DNA from: Haliotis rubra
Taxonomy: Eukaryota
Direction of reading: 5' to 3'
NCBI RefSeq assembly: GCF_003918875.1
Contig: NW_025767301.1
Span: 2,976,001-3,040,000 of the forward strand
DNA: 64,000 nucleotides
Shown: piece after piece, positions 25,539-38,158 of the stretch
How positions within the stretch are numbered: position 1 is the stretch's first letter
Layout of the letters: every line of letters starts with the position of its first letter
Notes under the pieces: model-generated
Told to the model about the DNA's origin: nothing
Databases searched by the model: none
Seen by the model: the letters and a program-made list of their open reading frames with translations, nothing else
Translations under genes and position numbers: made by a program

Positions 25539-25963
25539 TGATTAAGGATGTTGTTGTCTGATCATTGCCTCTTGGAACTACGTTTCCTTGAAATGGCGCA
25601 TCAATTTTGTAAAGGTTCGGTTGTTACCAGGTGAGAAATCTTATTAACATGTGTGAAGCCCAATCTGGATATGCCCCATCATTGCTAAAAGCGGCGTAAA
25701 ACCAAACCGTCAGTATCAATAGGTAACTAGGTGAGAAGTCTTATTACCATTATCTAGATATGCCCCATCGTTGGCCATACAGGCCATACAGCAGACTGAA
25801 TGCATTTCATATGCCTGTCAATAAACAGTAACCTAACGGTAAATATCTTTAATGGTTTACCTTTATCAACACCTCATGATGTTACTAGTAATTATTATAT
25901 AATCAGGTCCATTACGACCAAACATGCGACTGTATAGGAAACAAAAAGGACACAAAATGACTT

Positions 25964-26210
25964 ACCTGTGAAGATCCGGGTTAGAATTGGTCTTCAGTAA
26001 CCAAGGAAAGAGGCGACTAACGGAATCGGATGGCCAGGTTCGTTGTCTTGGTTGACACATGTCATCGTATCCCAGTTGCGTAGAACGATGCTCATGATGT
26101 TGAACACTGGATTGTCTGGTCCAGACTCGATTATTTACAGACCGTCGCCATATAGCTGGCCATGGAATATTGCTGAGTGCGGCGTAAAACTAAACTCATT
26201 CACTCACTCA
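25964..26210 (+). mobile_element. Short retroposon family B (no tRNA head; 3' tail shared with SINE C)
   Basis: Begins acctgtgaagatccgggttagaa and ends ggaatattgctgagtgcggcgtaaaactaaactcattcactcactc. Confidence 0.85.
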
Positions 26211-26399
26211 CACAGTGACTTCAGCTTGAAAGGAAGAGGAAGTGTTTTGGGGAGGGGAAAGATGTTTAAAGAGGGCGATTTACATGAACAACAGCAACAG
26301 GATGTGTTTGAAGAGGAAGAGGCACTGTTAAAAGAGGAGTATCTAGAAAATCACAATAAACAAAGAACTGCTTATATAAGATGAAAATGGCTTTACACC

Positions 26400-26528
26400 N
26401 NNNNNNNNNNNNNNNNNNNNNNNNNNNNNNNNNNNNNNNNNNNNNNNNNNNNNNNNNNNNNNNNNNNNNNNNNNNNNNNNNNNNNNNNNNNNNNNNNNNN
26501 NNNNNNNNNNNNNNNNNNNNNNNNNNNN
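26400..26528. other. Assembly gap
   Basis: Run of N. Confidence 1.
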
Positions 26529-28244
26529 CGCTTTCACTGCTTTGCTAGCTGTACCCAACCGCCCTGAATTGGATGGTGACATGAGTAAGAGGGGAGAAGG
26601 GAGTGCAGGTGAATGAGGGGGACCAGGAGTCGGGATGCAATGCTTCAAATAGAAGAGGAGTTCTCATCTCTATGAGAATTATATTCTATGTGAAAGATGG
26701 GTACATGTATCATTTGGCAGCATTTTTTTGTAATTCCTATCAAACTTAAAGAAAAACTGGCCTAAATAATAAGATGATGATGTTTATATTAACGTTTGGT
26801 TTATAGTTATAGGAAATTCAATAAAAACTGGACTGTCTTTGGCCCTATCACGGGTCCGATTGTTTCCAATGTGGATGGAGTACTGCAGTGCAATGTTATT
26901 AATCAAACAATCACTTTCCTTTTAGGTAAACGATGTGGCAAGTGCTTCGGGTAGAACATTCATATCCTTTTTCGCGAACATCTGCCCGAGTAATCTATCG
27001 CGATTTATCTGTACCTACGATGACCCCCAGATTCCGCAACCTCCCTCTGACCTTCCTCACAACCTACGTGAAATTGTACACGATCAGTCCATGATGAAAA
27101 CTGGTTTCATTTGTATGTTAATTATGCTAACATCTGGAAGTGATTGATGCTCGTTTAGGTATTAGAAACTCCTTTAACACAGTTCGGTACAGAGTAACAC
27201 TCCGTCTCAGGCCAATCTGTTGGTTTGTCAATGTAGTGAGCTATGGAAGACGATGTCAAACGGTAATTTCATTAGTCGGCGTTGGCAAGTTTTGGGGCGA
27301 GAGGAGACCAATTGTCCTACAGGGAAGTCCTTTACGACGCCTGTTTACATCACCATGTTTGTAATTCAATCAACCTTTTAAAAGTTACTTCCACATAAGG
27401 CGTATTTTCTAGTCATGCCAATGAAGACGGCGTTTCAGACCAATGCAGCCTTGGGAGGGAGGGCTATCCATTTGGTCTGGTGGATCCCTCCCTAAACGAC
27501 GATAGCCTGAACGCCTAATATTCCTCAGTGTACAATCCAGTGGGTGGCGTGCACCACTGTCTCGCAGGAATCCTAAACCCGTTTAATCATTTTGATTATT
27601 TTTTTTCTCTGGTCGGTTACAGAAGAAACTTTTTTTCGAATTTTTTTCGAGTTCGCTTAAAACAATTTAGGCTTCTTTGGCGGTGCTTCAGAAGTTCTAC
27701 TTCTGAAAAACGCTACTTCTATGCCGATCCGCCAGCAGAACTTATGAGACGAAAAGCCGTTTGTTTGTATTTCAGTCTTGTCCCATAAACATTTTACATA
27801 CAGATATTGTACGTGTGGGAATGTATGCTATATACATGAAAGCTATAATTTCGCGAGTACCAATGATTGAGTAAACCAAATATTTAATATCGAGTGACCT
27901 TACCAGCATATGTGTATAAAATAGCATAAAAAACAACGTCATTTCCGCAACTGAAATCGAATCATTCTTTTTGCTGAAAATAATCGCCCACTGAGCATTG
28001 ATATAGTGAAACCCCGGGTCTCGTTTATACAGAAAACCTCCCACCCGTCAATGTTCAGTATTTCGTTACTGTATTTGCGCGTATGTTTGCTGATGTTTTT
28101 TTATGCTGATAATGGCATTAAGACGGAGAAAACGATAATTGTCCTTGAAATAGTTTGTCATGAAACTGGTATGCTGGTAAATGTTGAAAAAGCTAGAAGT
28201 ATTTGAATGGGCGAACTTACTGAAATTTATCAGGTACAACATAT

Positions 28245-28400
28245 GTTATATTTGGGATTACACTTTCTCAGTAAAGTACAAATTCTAGTACTTTTTGGGG
28301 TTGAGTCCCATCCGGGATTCGAACCCACACCCTCACAGTCAGGCACCAAATCGCCAGCACACAAAGTCAGCTGTCTAACCCGCTCAGTCAACGCGACTAT
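28245..28400 (-). mobile_element. tRNA-like SINE head of a different family (long variable arm)
   Basis: On the minus strand: gcgttgactgagcgggttagacagctg...gtgggttcgaatcccggatgggactc, with A and B boxes widely spaced. Confidence 0.6.
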
Positions 28401-28426
28401 CAGGTACACTTCATTTGATTAGTCTC

Positions 28427-28460
<34 letters not shown>

Positions 28461-28759
28461 GAATATTTTCTGGCGTATATATAAATATCTATTTACTGCC
28501 GTGTATAGACTAGAGCTGAAACTTACTTAGGATCACAAGCTAGGAAGGAAATTTAGGAACTTAATTAACTCCTATTCTGTGCTATGATTTAGTTTCTAGG
28601 TTGTTTGGACTAAAATTTTGAATCTGCACAGAAATATATTTTGGAGTTTTAACGGCACGATCTTTGAGGTAGATTCACATGCCATTAAAAATTGGTGTTG
28701 GGTGATTTAGCTTCCACAAAAACCACTCAAAAAATACATTTGCTGAAATGTTTTCCCAG

Positions 28760-28862
28760 ATGGGGAATTGAACCCGATCCTTCGGCGTGACGAGCGAACG
28801 CTTTAACCACTAGGCTACCCCACTGCTCCTGATTAAGGATGTTGTTGTCTGATCATTACTCT
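28760..28862 (-). mobile_element. SINE C head plus flank, a direct duplicate of ~25470-25572
   Basis: Shares the non-SINE flank gattaaggatgttgttgtctgatcatt with the 25385 copy. Confidence 0.8.
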
Positions 28863-30164
28863 TCAGAAAGTAAGTGTGTCTCGAAGACGGATTATTCTCT
28901 GGTGTTGACGCTTTGTATTAACGCTGTTTTTTTAACAATAGACCACAGTATATAGCGATGGACACTTGGTAAGTCTAAACATGTTATCATCATTTGGGGA
29001 ATCAAACCGAACAAATCCTTTGTCAATAGTCTACCTACCGCCCCCACAATACCAGAAGGTGTGTGCGTGTGATCCTTTATATCAGCTTATAACAGAGAAA
29101 TATTAGTCAATGAATTGATTTATAAATACATGCCTATTTTGACAGCATCTTGACGTTAAGTACATGGATCTCCGACCATGGATCTCGGCTAAATCTATGC
29201 CTACGACAGCTATAACTGCCTCATCTCCGGACATGGCAAAGTGCTGCCCTCTATGATTTGGAAAAGCATGAAAGTGCATACCTACCCAGACACAGGCATT
29301 AAGTCATTACGGAATGTGCCGAGGGCCTCTGAGTGATCGGAAATGACGTTCTATTTCGGTCTACAACACAAAGTTGAGACTCGCTGGACACAGAAAGCAA
29401 TGACAAGGTTTTCATGTTAACTGGCGTTGGCAATGTGTAGCCAATGTGCCTGCTTTCACACTCTCGGTACACATTGATCGTTTCGTCTGTAATGATATAC
29501 ATACGAGAACAATGCTGTAGATTGATGGTTCAGATGACATACGTAATCAGGCTTGTTCAGATAGTGGAGGTGTCACTATGCGACGGTAAGTATAAGCATA
29601 GCTGCCCGATACAATTCAAACTTCATCTCCAGAAGAATTAGTCTTGACAATCTTCCTACAGAGAATTCATTTGGGCGTAAAAGGCAGTGGTAAAAAAAGC
29701 ATGAATGGGTTACTGAAAATTAGCGAAACTTACCGAGAAAGTGTGAACATGAGCTTTGTTTTGATATAGTGTTTGACCTAAGATGTTTAAATCACGTGTC
29801 AGGGACCGACTAGGAATTTTGTTCGAGGCAAAGGTTTTCAGTCAGAGTTTAAAAAACCCATCTTTCAAATTCTACCTTTGGACCCAGAACTATTGAATTC
29901 TCAAAACATCCTACAAGTGCAATGAACATTTGTGTTTGTGTAACAATAAGGTCTGTTTTCCCCAGCTTTTCCGTAAAGAGATTATTGTTTTTAAATGATG
30001 CATGCAACAACAAATGCAAACGCGCACGCACATGTGCATTTCAATTTATAGATATGATCAAATTAGATATCACTTTAGACATTGCTTTCTTGTATTCATG
30101 GAGATAGTGGTAGTGTTCGTCTTGATAGTAGTTAGGGTAAATTGTTGTGCAGAGTTGCCTGCCT

Positions 30165-30335
30165 TTGCGCCCGATCGTCGGTTCGAATCCCGGTTACGTT
30201 TCTATGCTGGCCAGAGCCATTCCCGTAATCGTGGGTTTCACTAATGTTTAAAAACCCCTCAGGTTTTAATTATTTTAACGTACAAGTCGTGATATAGCTA
30301 TGATACCGAGCAAAGCGCGTTAAACACAACTTACT
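30165..30335 (+). mobile_element. Old degenerate tRNA SINE
   Basis: B box ggttcgaatccc and tail gtcgtgatatagct...gcgttaaacac. Confidence 0.5.
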
Positions 30336-30751
30336 TGAAGGTGAACATGGACACGGCACCAAAGGCATTATTACGTACGTATGACTTATATCTACATCAG
30401 CTTAGTAACTGACATATCCCGGCCGCTGATACAGAATTTAAATCACAACACAAATGTCACACGTTAACAGACTCACTGGTTTACGTCATCAGAAACCATA
30501 TTCCCGACAATGAAAAGCTTACCCGGATTATTATGGTACGGGTTCGCTATAGAACAAGGTATTAGGTAGACGCCATCTTAGAGTATCATCTGGACTTGTC
30601 TCGTGAGATACAAGATAATCACCTTTAAGTCTCATTCAGAGTATTTAGTGTTCCCTGAAAGTTCAAGTTCTTTCTATGTCTAATCCCCCTGTAACCCTGC
30701 ATTCAAACAACTCACTGACAAGCCTCAAAGGAACTCAAACATCCTCATCAA

Positions 30752-30935
30752 ATACGGATTTTGAAAGAGTTTTGAAGTACCGTTAGGTCAGCAGCAGCAG
30801 GAGAACAATGTAACATGTATATGCCCGGTGACCCTTTTGTGAAGCATGTCAAGGCTTAATGTGAAAACAAAGCACTCCACAGTTTTCTGAAACAGATTTG
30901 GACAGAGTTTGGAAGTACAGTTATATCATTATCGA

Positions 30936-31005
<70 letters not shown>

Positions 31006-31159
31006 CCAATGTAGTGGCGCAAAGGCAGGCAACTCTGCACAACAATTCTGGTGTCCTTTTGTGTGAACATGTCAAAACAATTCATTCCACAGTTTTCTGA
31101 AACAGATTTTGAAAGAGTCTGGAAGTACAGTTATATCATTATCGTCGTCATCGTCATCG

Positions 31160-31208
<49 letters not shown>

Positions 31209-31288
31209 AACAATGTATCATATATTTGTCTGGTGATCCTTTTGTGTGAGCATGACTGTCAAAACAAGGCATTCCACAGTGTTCTGAA
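30752..31288. repeat. Degenerate tandem triplication (~140-210 bp units) with (CAT)n microsatellites in copies 2 and 3
   Basis: Recurring gattt(t)g(a)aagagtttggaagtac...ccttttgtg...catgtcaa...ccacagttttctgaa. (CAT)n at ~30937-31002 and ~31140-31207. Confidence 0.85.
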
Positions 31289-31992
31289 TTAAGCCAAGGA
31301 TGTAGGAGATTATCTCTGTGTCAATGTTGATTTTATTGATGGTTCTGTACTTCTGGACGATACGGAAATGAGTGTGGACCAAGCAAAGTGCCATATCAAA
31401 CTGGCACAAGCGCAGTTTGTCAAGGAACGGCTCCCTGAACGACCACTGCATTGAGTTTATGTACAATTTGTTTGGAACCTTTGCAACTCTGCACGGTCCT
31501 TCGCTTGGATGAAGTCGACTGGCCTGAAAACAGAAGGCTTTCTATTGGCTGATCAGGGCCTGTTACTTCCCCTTCGAAACCGCTAGTGTAATTTCTGCAT
31601 GTAGATATATAAAGTAAATTATACAATGAATTTAACGAGACTGTCCAACACATACAATTTCTGTGTATGTCCACTGCGACTGAATGGCAAATATGATGAC
31701 CCTACTTATGTCCCTCCTGCACCTCAAGGAAGAGGTGGTACTACTGCACGGTGCGTTATGTTGGATACCTCCGAATATATCGACTAGCATTGGGTGACGA
31801 CCCGGATGTACTGCCAGGAATACAGATCATCTGGGCAAACCTCTGGGTAATGCCCAAGGCAGCAGTGTTTGGAAGTTTTCACATTCTCCCTAATCGTTCT
31901 TGGTGGGTTCGACCCGGCTGCGCTTCCTGGTAGAAGTCCTCTTCACTGTGAGAGGATACGAGGGACTGAGATGATCATGAGCCAAATCAGAA

Positions 31993-32142
31993 GGGCCCCG
32001 TTTCACAAAGCTCTCGTAAGCCTAAGATCTCGTAACTTTTCTCGTAGCATTCGTACTTCCCATACTATAACACAGGAACTTCGAATGCTACGAGGAAAGT
32101 TACGAGATCTTAGGCTTACGAGAGCTTTGTGAAACAGCGCCC
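31993..32142. mobile_element. 150-bp palindromic MITE (PIF/Harbinger-like GGGCCC..TTTCACAAA ends)
   Basis: ~55-bp near-perfect arms: gtttcacaaagctctcgtaagcctaagatctcgtaactttt... and its reverse complement. Confidence 0.85.
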
Positions 32143-32239
32143 AGGACTGCAAGGATTGCCCCAATTCTCATTGCTACATTTGTTTATTTGTGAAGAGCAA
32201 AATAATAATAGTTGATGATATTTAGATATTTTGTGTAAA

Positions 32240-32520
32240 NNNNNNNNNNNNNNNNNNNNNNNNNNNNNNNNNNNNNNNNNNNNNNNNNNNNNNNNNNNNN
32301 NNNNNNNNNNNNNNNNNNNNNNNNNNNNNNNNNNNNNNNNNNNNNNNNNNNNNNNNNNNNNNNNNNNNNNNNNNNNNNNNNNNNNNNNNNNNNNNNNNNN
32401 NNNNNNNNNNNNNNNNNNNNNNNNNNNNNNNNNNNNNNNNNNNNNNNNNNNNNNNNNNNNNNNNNNNNNNNNNNNNNNNNNNNNNNNNNNNNNNNNNNNN
32501 NNNNNNNNNNNNNNNNNNNN
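32240..32520. other. Assembly gap
   Basis: Run of N. Confidence 1.
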
Positions 32521-32559
32521 CTGCACACATACTCAGTATGTTACATCAAGACAGGCTAC

Positions 32560-32730
32560 CGCACTCATCAAACTCCCAACTATACGACAACAGTCCCTAA
32601 ATAGTCGAGTCTGGAACAACTGAACCAGTGAAGGACATCATGATCATCGATCCCCGCGAGTGGGAAACGATGACATGCATCAACCATAGCACCGCGCCTC
32701 CCCAACCCGATCCGTTCAGTCGCCTACATC
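32560..32730 (-). mobile_element. Degenerate family B retroposon
   Basis: aaatagtcgagtctggaacaac...catgatcatcgatc...tgggaaacgatgacatg...cccgatccgttcagtcgcct. Confidence 0.65.
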
Positions 32731-33366
32731 ATGGCAAAGTTGTTGAATGTGAATAAGGTAAGACTGCACTACTTTCACCATCACAGAGTATAATTATCCC
32801 TGATTAAAAGGGGAACGGGTTTCTGTTTACCCCAAAGGCCTTCATTAAGTTACGGACCGTGCGGACAAATCGCGTTTTAACCAGGAGTTAGAATCTAATC
32901 TTTGTACTCGGGGATCTGATCCACGTCGTAACGCATACCACTGTAACTACCGGGAACGTGCGTGCAGACATCATCACCTTCTGACACGGCAATCATTTCA
33001 CCCAAACACCACAATTATGACTGATCAAGACAGAGGCTGCTGTTGAAGGTCACAGAGTCGCATTACCGTCTGCGATAATGCTGGTGAGGACGCCGCCATC
33101 TTGGCAATTAGTGCGGATACATATAGTCTTGATCAACGATCTTAAAAAAAATACTTTCCTCTATACAAACGTCCGTTAAAATAAGATTCCAGGTTTGGCT
33201 GTTGCCAAGTGTTCATTATTATGATGTCTTGGAACAAAATGCTTTCAACACTGACGCCACTAATGCATTCCCTCACACACATATTACTTCGGGAAGCAAT
33301 GGCGTAGTGATATTGCATGATTTCACAGTAAACAGAGTGAACTCAGATTCCGCCTCGTGTAGTGCA

Positions 33367-33715
33367 GACCGTCTTCGTGGTGTAGTGGTTAGAGCGTCCG
33401 CCCGGAGAGCGGAAGGTCGCGGGTTCGATCCCCCACCGCGTCATACCAAAAGACGTTAAAATATGGTACTTGCTGATCTCTGCCTGGCGCTCGGCATTAA
33501 TGGGTACAACAAGGACTGGTCAGCTCGGAGTCAGTATAATGTGTCTGAGTGGGGTATTCATGCTTCACTGCGGCATGGTAGCTCAGAGGGCTAGCACTAT
33601 AAAGCCAGCTTAAGTCTGGGCTAGTACATGCAGCCGCACATACACATGCACACGCATGCACGTCATCATATGAGCGAAATATCTCAAGCACGACGTTAAA
33701 CCCCATTTCACCTCA
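33367..33715 (+). mobile_element. Full-length tRNA-derived SINE family A (Meta/MESC-domain-like)
   Basis: A and B boxes, conserved core, tail gaaatatctcaagcacgacgttaaacc plus (ctcac)n, and a 14-bp TSD cctc[g/a]tgtagtgca (33353-33366 / 33716-33729). The domain name is from recall. Confidence 0.92.
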
Positions 33716-34189
33716 CCTCATGTAGTGCATATAACATGGCGGTCGTATTATCAGACACGCGTTTATTAAAAACAAGAAAATTATGTTGCTTTCAGTAATG
33801 CAGCATAAATAATTTGAACAGCTGTAAAACAGTTGTTGACGTGTCATGTGACAGTCACGTGCACGTATCAAGTTTCGATGTAAGTTCTGCTGGTACAAAC
33901 CGTGGTAATTTTGGCTTGAAACAAGTAACTCAGTCTGTGGCTGTCTTGTATTCCTACACTATTACAGGAAGGCGCAGGTATCCAATATAAAATGTTTGCA
34001 CGAACACTTCCGGTTTCATTACCCACTGGCTATTACTGTTGATATATGTTACGGCGCTGAAGGGACAATATTTAGGTTATGAAGGTATGTATTTTCACTA
34101 ATTAGTGCCTGTTTCGTCACAGGAGAGTATCAGTATGTTACAGAATCTAACGCACTAGTATTTGCTCGACTGTGAGTTCCCTGCATCCA

Positions 34190-34398
34190 GCGACCGTCTC
34201 TGTGGTCAAGCGTCTGCCTGGAAAACTGCAGGTCCGGAGTTCGATCTTCTGCCGGCTCATGCTAGAAGAAGATTGTACTTGTTGTCTCCCTGCCTTGGCA
34301 TTAAGAGGAAACAACAAGGACTGATCTGTCTTAAATTGTAAGCTGTCCGGAGTTGGGGCAAGCAACTGAAACTGGCTATAGACCGGAGCAACACAAAA

Positions 34399-34442
<44 letters not shown>

Positions 34443-34550
34443 ACACACACACACACACACATGGCAGCTGGAGTCGCGAAGACCCGGGTTCGACTCCCCT
34501 AAATGGATTCAGTGTGTGAAACTCATTTCTCATGTCCCTGACGTGATATT
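34190..34550 (+). mobile_element. Diverged family A SINE, then (CA)(GA)(CA) microsatellite, then SINE C fragment
   Basis: gagttcgatc...tgtacttgttgtctccctgccttggcattaagaggaaacaacaaggactg, microsatellite at 34400-34461, then gaagacccgggttcgactcccc. Confidence 0.65.
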
Positions 34551-34664
34551 GATCTGATCGTACGTTTATTACAAACTAAAATTAGTTGTGCTCTTGAGTT
34601 CGCCATGGCCGTAATTTAATGTATACCACATTTTCATCATCATCACCATCATCATTCATCATCA

Positions 34665-36497
34665 TCTGGTTGGTATGCACTTTCATGTTTTTCCAAATCA
34701 TAGAGGGCAGCACTTTGCCATGTCCGGAGATGAGACAGTTATAGCTGTCGTAGGCATAGATCCATGTACTTAACGTCAAGATGCTGTCAAAATAGGCATG
34801 TATTTATAAATCATTTCATTGACTAATATTTCTCTGTTATAAGCTGATATCAACGATTACACGCACACACCTTCTGGCATTGTGGGAGCGGTAGGTAGAC
34901 TATTGACAAAGGATTTGTTCGGTTTGATCAGGGTTTGATTCCCCAAATGATGATAACATGTTTAGACTTACCAAGTGTCCATCGCTATATACTGTGGTCT
35001 TTTTTAAAAACAGCGTTAATACAAAGCGTCAACACCAGAGAATAATCACTATATCAATGCTCAGTGGGCGATTGTTTTCAGCAAAAAGAATGATTCGATT
35101 TCAGTTGCGGAAATGACGTTGTTTTTTATGCTATTTTATACACATATGCTGGTAAGGTCACTCGATATTAAATATTTAGTTTACTCAATCATTGGTACTC
35201 GCGAAATTATAGCTTTCATGTATATAGCATACATTCCCACACGTACAATATCTGTATGTAAAATGTTTATGGGACAAGACTGAAATACAAACAAACGGCT
35301 TTTCGTCTCATAAGTTCTGCTGGCGGATCGGCATAGAAGTAGCGTTTTTCAGAAGTAGAACTTCTGAAGCACCGCCAAAGAAGCCTAAATTGTTTTAAGC
35401 GAAATTCGAAAAAAAGTTTCTTCTGTAACCGACCAGAAAATCAATAATCAAAATGATTAAACGGGTTTAGGATTCCTGCGAGACAGTGGTGCACGCCACC
35501 CAATGGATTGTACACTGAGGAATATTAGGCGTTATGGATAGCCCTCCCTCCCAAGGCTGCATTGGTCTGAAACGCCGTCTTCATTGGCATGACTAGAAAA
35601 TACGCCTTATGTGGAAGTAACTTTTAAAAGGTTGATTGAATTACAAACATGGTGATGTAAACAGGCGTCGTAAAGGACTTCCCTATAGGACAATTGGTCT
35701 CCTCTCGCCCCAAAACTTGCCAACGCCGACTAATGAAATTACCGTTTGACATCGTCTTCCATAGCTCACTACATTGACAAACCAACAGATTGGCCTGAGA
35801 CGGAGTGTTACTCTGTACCGAACTGTGTTAAAGGAGTTTCTAATGCCAAAAAAAGAGCATCAATCACTTCCAGATGTTAGCATAATTAACATACAAATGA
35901 AACCATGGACTGATCGTGTACAATTTCACGTAGGTTGTCAGGAAGGTGTCAGACGGAGGTTGCGTAATTTGACATCTGGGGGTCATCGTAGGTAGAGATA
36001 AATTGCGATAGATTACTCGGGCAGATGTTAGCGAAAATGGATATGAATGTTCTACCCGAAGCACTTGCCACGTCGTTTACCTAAAAGGGAAGTGATTGTT
36101 TGATTAATAACATTGTACAGCAGTACTCCATCCACACTGGAAACAATCGGACCCGTGATAGGGCCAAAGACAGTCCAGTTTTTATTGAATTTCCTATAAC
36201 TATAAACCAAACGTTAATATAAACATCATCATATTATTATTTAGACCAGTTTTGATTGATAGGAATTACAAATAAATGCTGCCAAATGATACATGTACCC
36301 ATCTTTCACATAGAATCTAATTCTCAAAGAGTTGCGAACTCCTCTTCTATTTGAAGCATTGCATCCCGACTCCTGGTCCCCCTCATTCACCTACACTCCC
36401 TTCTCCCCTCTTACTCATGTCACCATCCAATTCAGGGCGGTTGGGTACAGCTAGCAAAGCAGTGAAAGCGTTCGCTCGTCACACTGAACACACACCG

Positions 36498-36554
<57 letters not shown>

Positions 36555-37315
36555 CGATTGCTAAAAACGGTGTAAAGCCATGTTCATCTTATGTAAGCAA
36601 TTCTTTGTTTAATGTGATTTTCTAGATACTCCTCTTTTAACAGTGCATCTTCCTCTTCAAACACACCCTGTTGCTGTTGTTCATGTAAATCGCCCTCTTT
36701 AAACATCTTTCCCCTCCCCAAAACACTTCCTCTTCCTTTCAAGCTGAAGTCACTGTGTGAGTGAGTGAATGAGTTTAGTTTTACGCCGCACTCAGCAATA
36801 TTCCATGACCAGCTATATGGCGACGGTCTGTAAATAATCGAGTCTGGACCAGACAATCCAGTGATCAACATCATGAGCATCGTTCTACGCAACTGGGATA
36901 CGATGACATGTGTCAACCAAGACAAGCGAACCTGGCCATCCGATTCCGTTAGTCGCCTCTTTCCTTGGTTACTGGAGACCAATTCTAACCCGGATCTTCA
37001 CGGGTAAGTCATTTTGTGTCCTTTTTGTTTCCTATACAGTCGCATGTTTGGTCGTAATGGACCTGATTATATAATAATCACTAGTAACATCATGTGGTGT
37101 TGATAAAGGTAAACCATTAAAGATATTTACCGTTAGGTTACTGTTTATTGACAGGCATATGAAATGCATTCAGTCTGCTGTATGGCCACAAAAGCCTATT
37201 ATATCGGATTACAAACAACGATGGGGCATTTCCAGATAATGGTAATAAGATTTCTCACCTGGTAACAAGAATTTATGTGCCATTTCAAGGAAACGTACTT
37301 CCAAGAGGCAATGAT
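34665..37315 (-). repeat. Inverted segmental duplication, right arm
   Basis: Reverse complement of 25561-29290. The paired near-identical ORF-track peptides (26043 vs 36584, 26343 vs 36351) agree. Confidence 0.93.
36768..37005 (-). mobile_element. Family B retroposon (paralogue of the 25964 copy)
   Basis: Same 5' start acccgtgaagatccgggttagaa and same tail. Confidence 0.85.
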
Positions 37316-38158
37316 TCACCCTCGGATCTCCTGACATCACCATGTGCAATCTCCAGTGGACAACCATCAAGTCAGATTATATCTTTTATAATAATTATTC
37401 CCCCAAGGGCACGGATTGGTTTCATTCAGTTTATGTCAAACCATGTTGGAATCTCTCTGTTGACCTGGAGATTTGAGCCACTGCTGTATCTGCCTCCATT
37501 AATTGGGTGCCATGGAAACTGAGCTCCTGGGTACGATGGCTGCCACCTGTTGAGGTTTTGGCAGCAATTCAACTCAGTTCCAGACTTTCTTCGTTTTTCA
37601 ACTTTTGAGGTGCGTTCAAACATGCTTTTAATTCTAGGATTTCAAAGAGAGTCATAGAACGATGGATCAAAATATGTTTAACTCAAAGCTTTAGTGAAGG
37701 TTTTCTTTCAAAACGTTTAAGCTCCCAGACCTGTTCAACCTCTACCTCGAACAGTGTATACTGCCAGGCTTAATGCCACGAATACACCATGCCTCTCAGA
37801 AGGTAGTCAGATATAACAGATGGCATATATGAGATTACACTTTGTCAGTAATGTACAGCTCCCAGTACGTTTTGAGTATAGAGTCCATTCCGCACCTGGA
37901 ACGGTACTGTGCTGTTGTGCAGACTAGTGTGTTTCATTTGAAGAGATAAATGTTCCGAGTGTGAACATTGTGACACATATTTTCATAAAGCAATAAACCA
38001 ATTAACAATTTTATGGATTTATCAGCGTTTCTTTATGATGCATAATGAGTCATATACTCTACAAAAAAGAAACGCAATGTGGTTTTCAGATTAATACTTT
38101 ATGTATCATATGAATATTCAACAGATTATAACAGAGTGTTCAAATTTGGCACAAGTCG

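Larger units (their letters stand above)
25561..29290 (+). repeat. Inverted segmental duplication, left arm
   Basis: Reverse complement of 34665-37315 along its length, except for an extra ~880 bp (28009-28891) and smaller indels. Confidence 0.93.

Noticed and set aside
26043-26384. Acidic ORF conserved in two copies (also 36584-36982)
   Set aside because: The first half is retroposon sequence, the conservation reflects the recent duplication, and I recognise no domain.
30909-31272. Poly-His, poly-Ile and poly-Asp ORFs
   Set aside because: They come from (CAT)n microsatellites.
33090-34020. YY1 (gccgccatcttg), E-box and ETS motifs as a promoter
   Set aside because: They are scattered over ~900 bp around a SINE with no associated exon, which is insufficient support.
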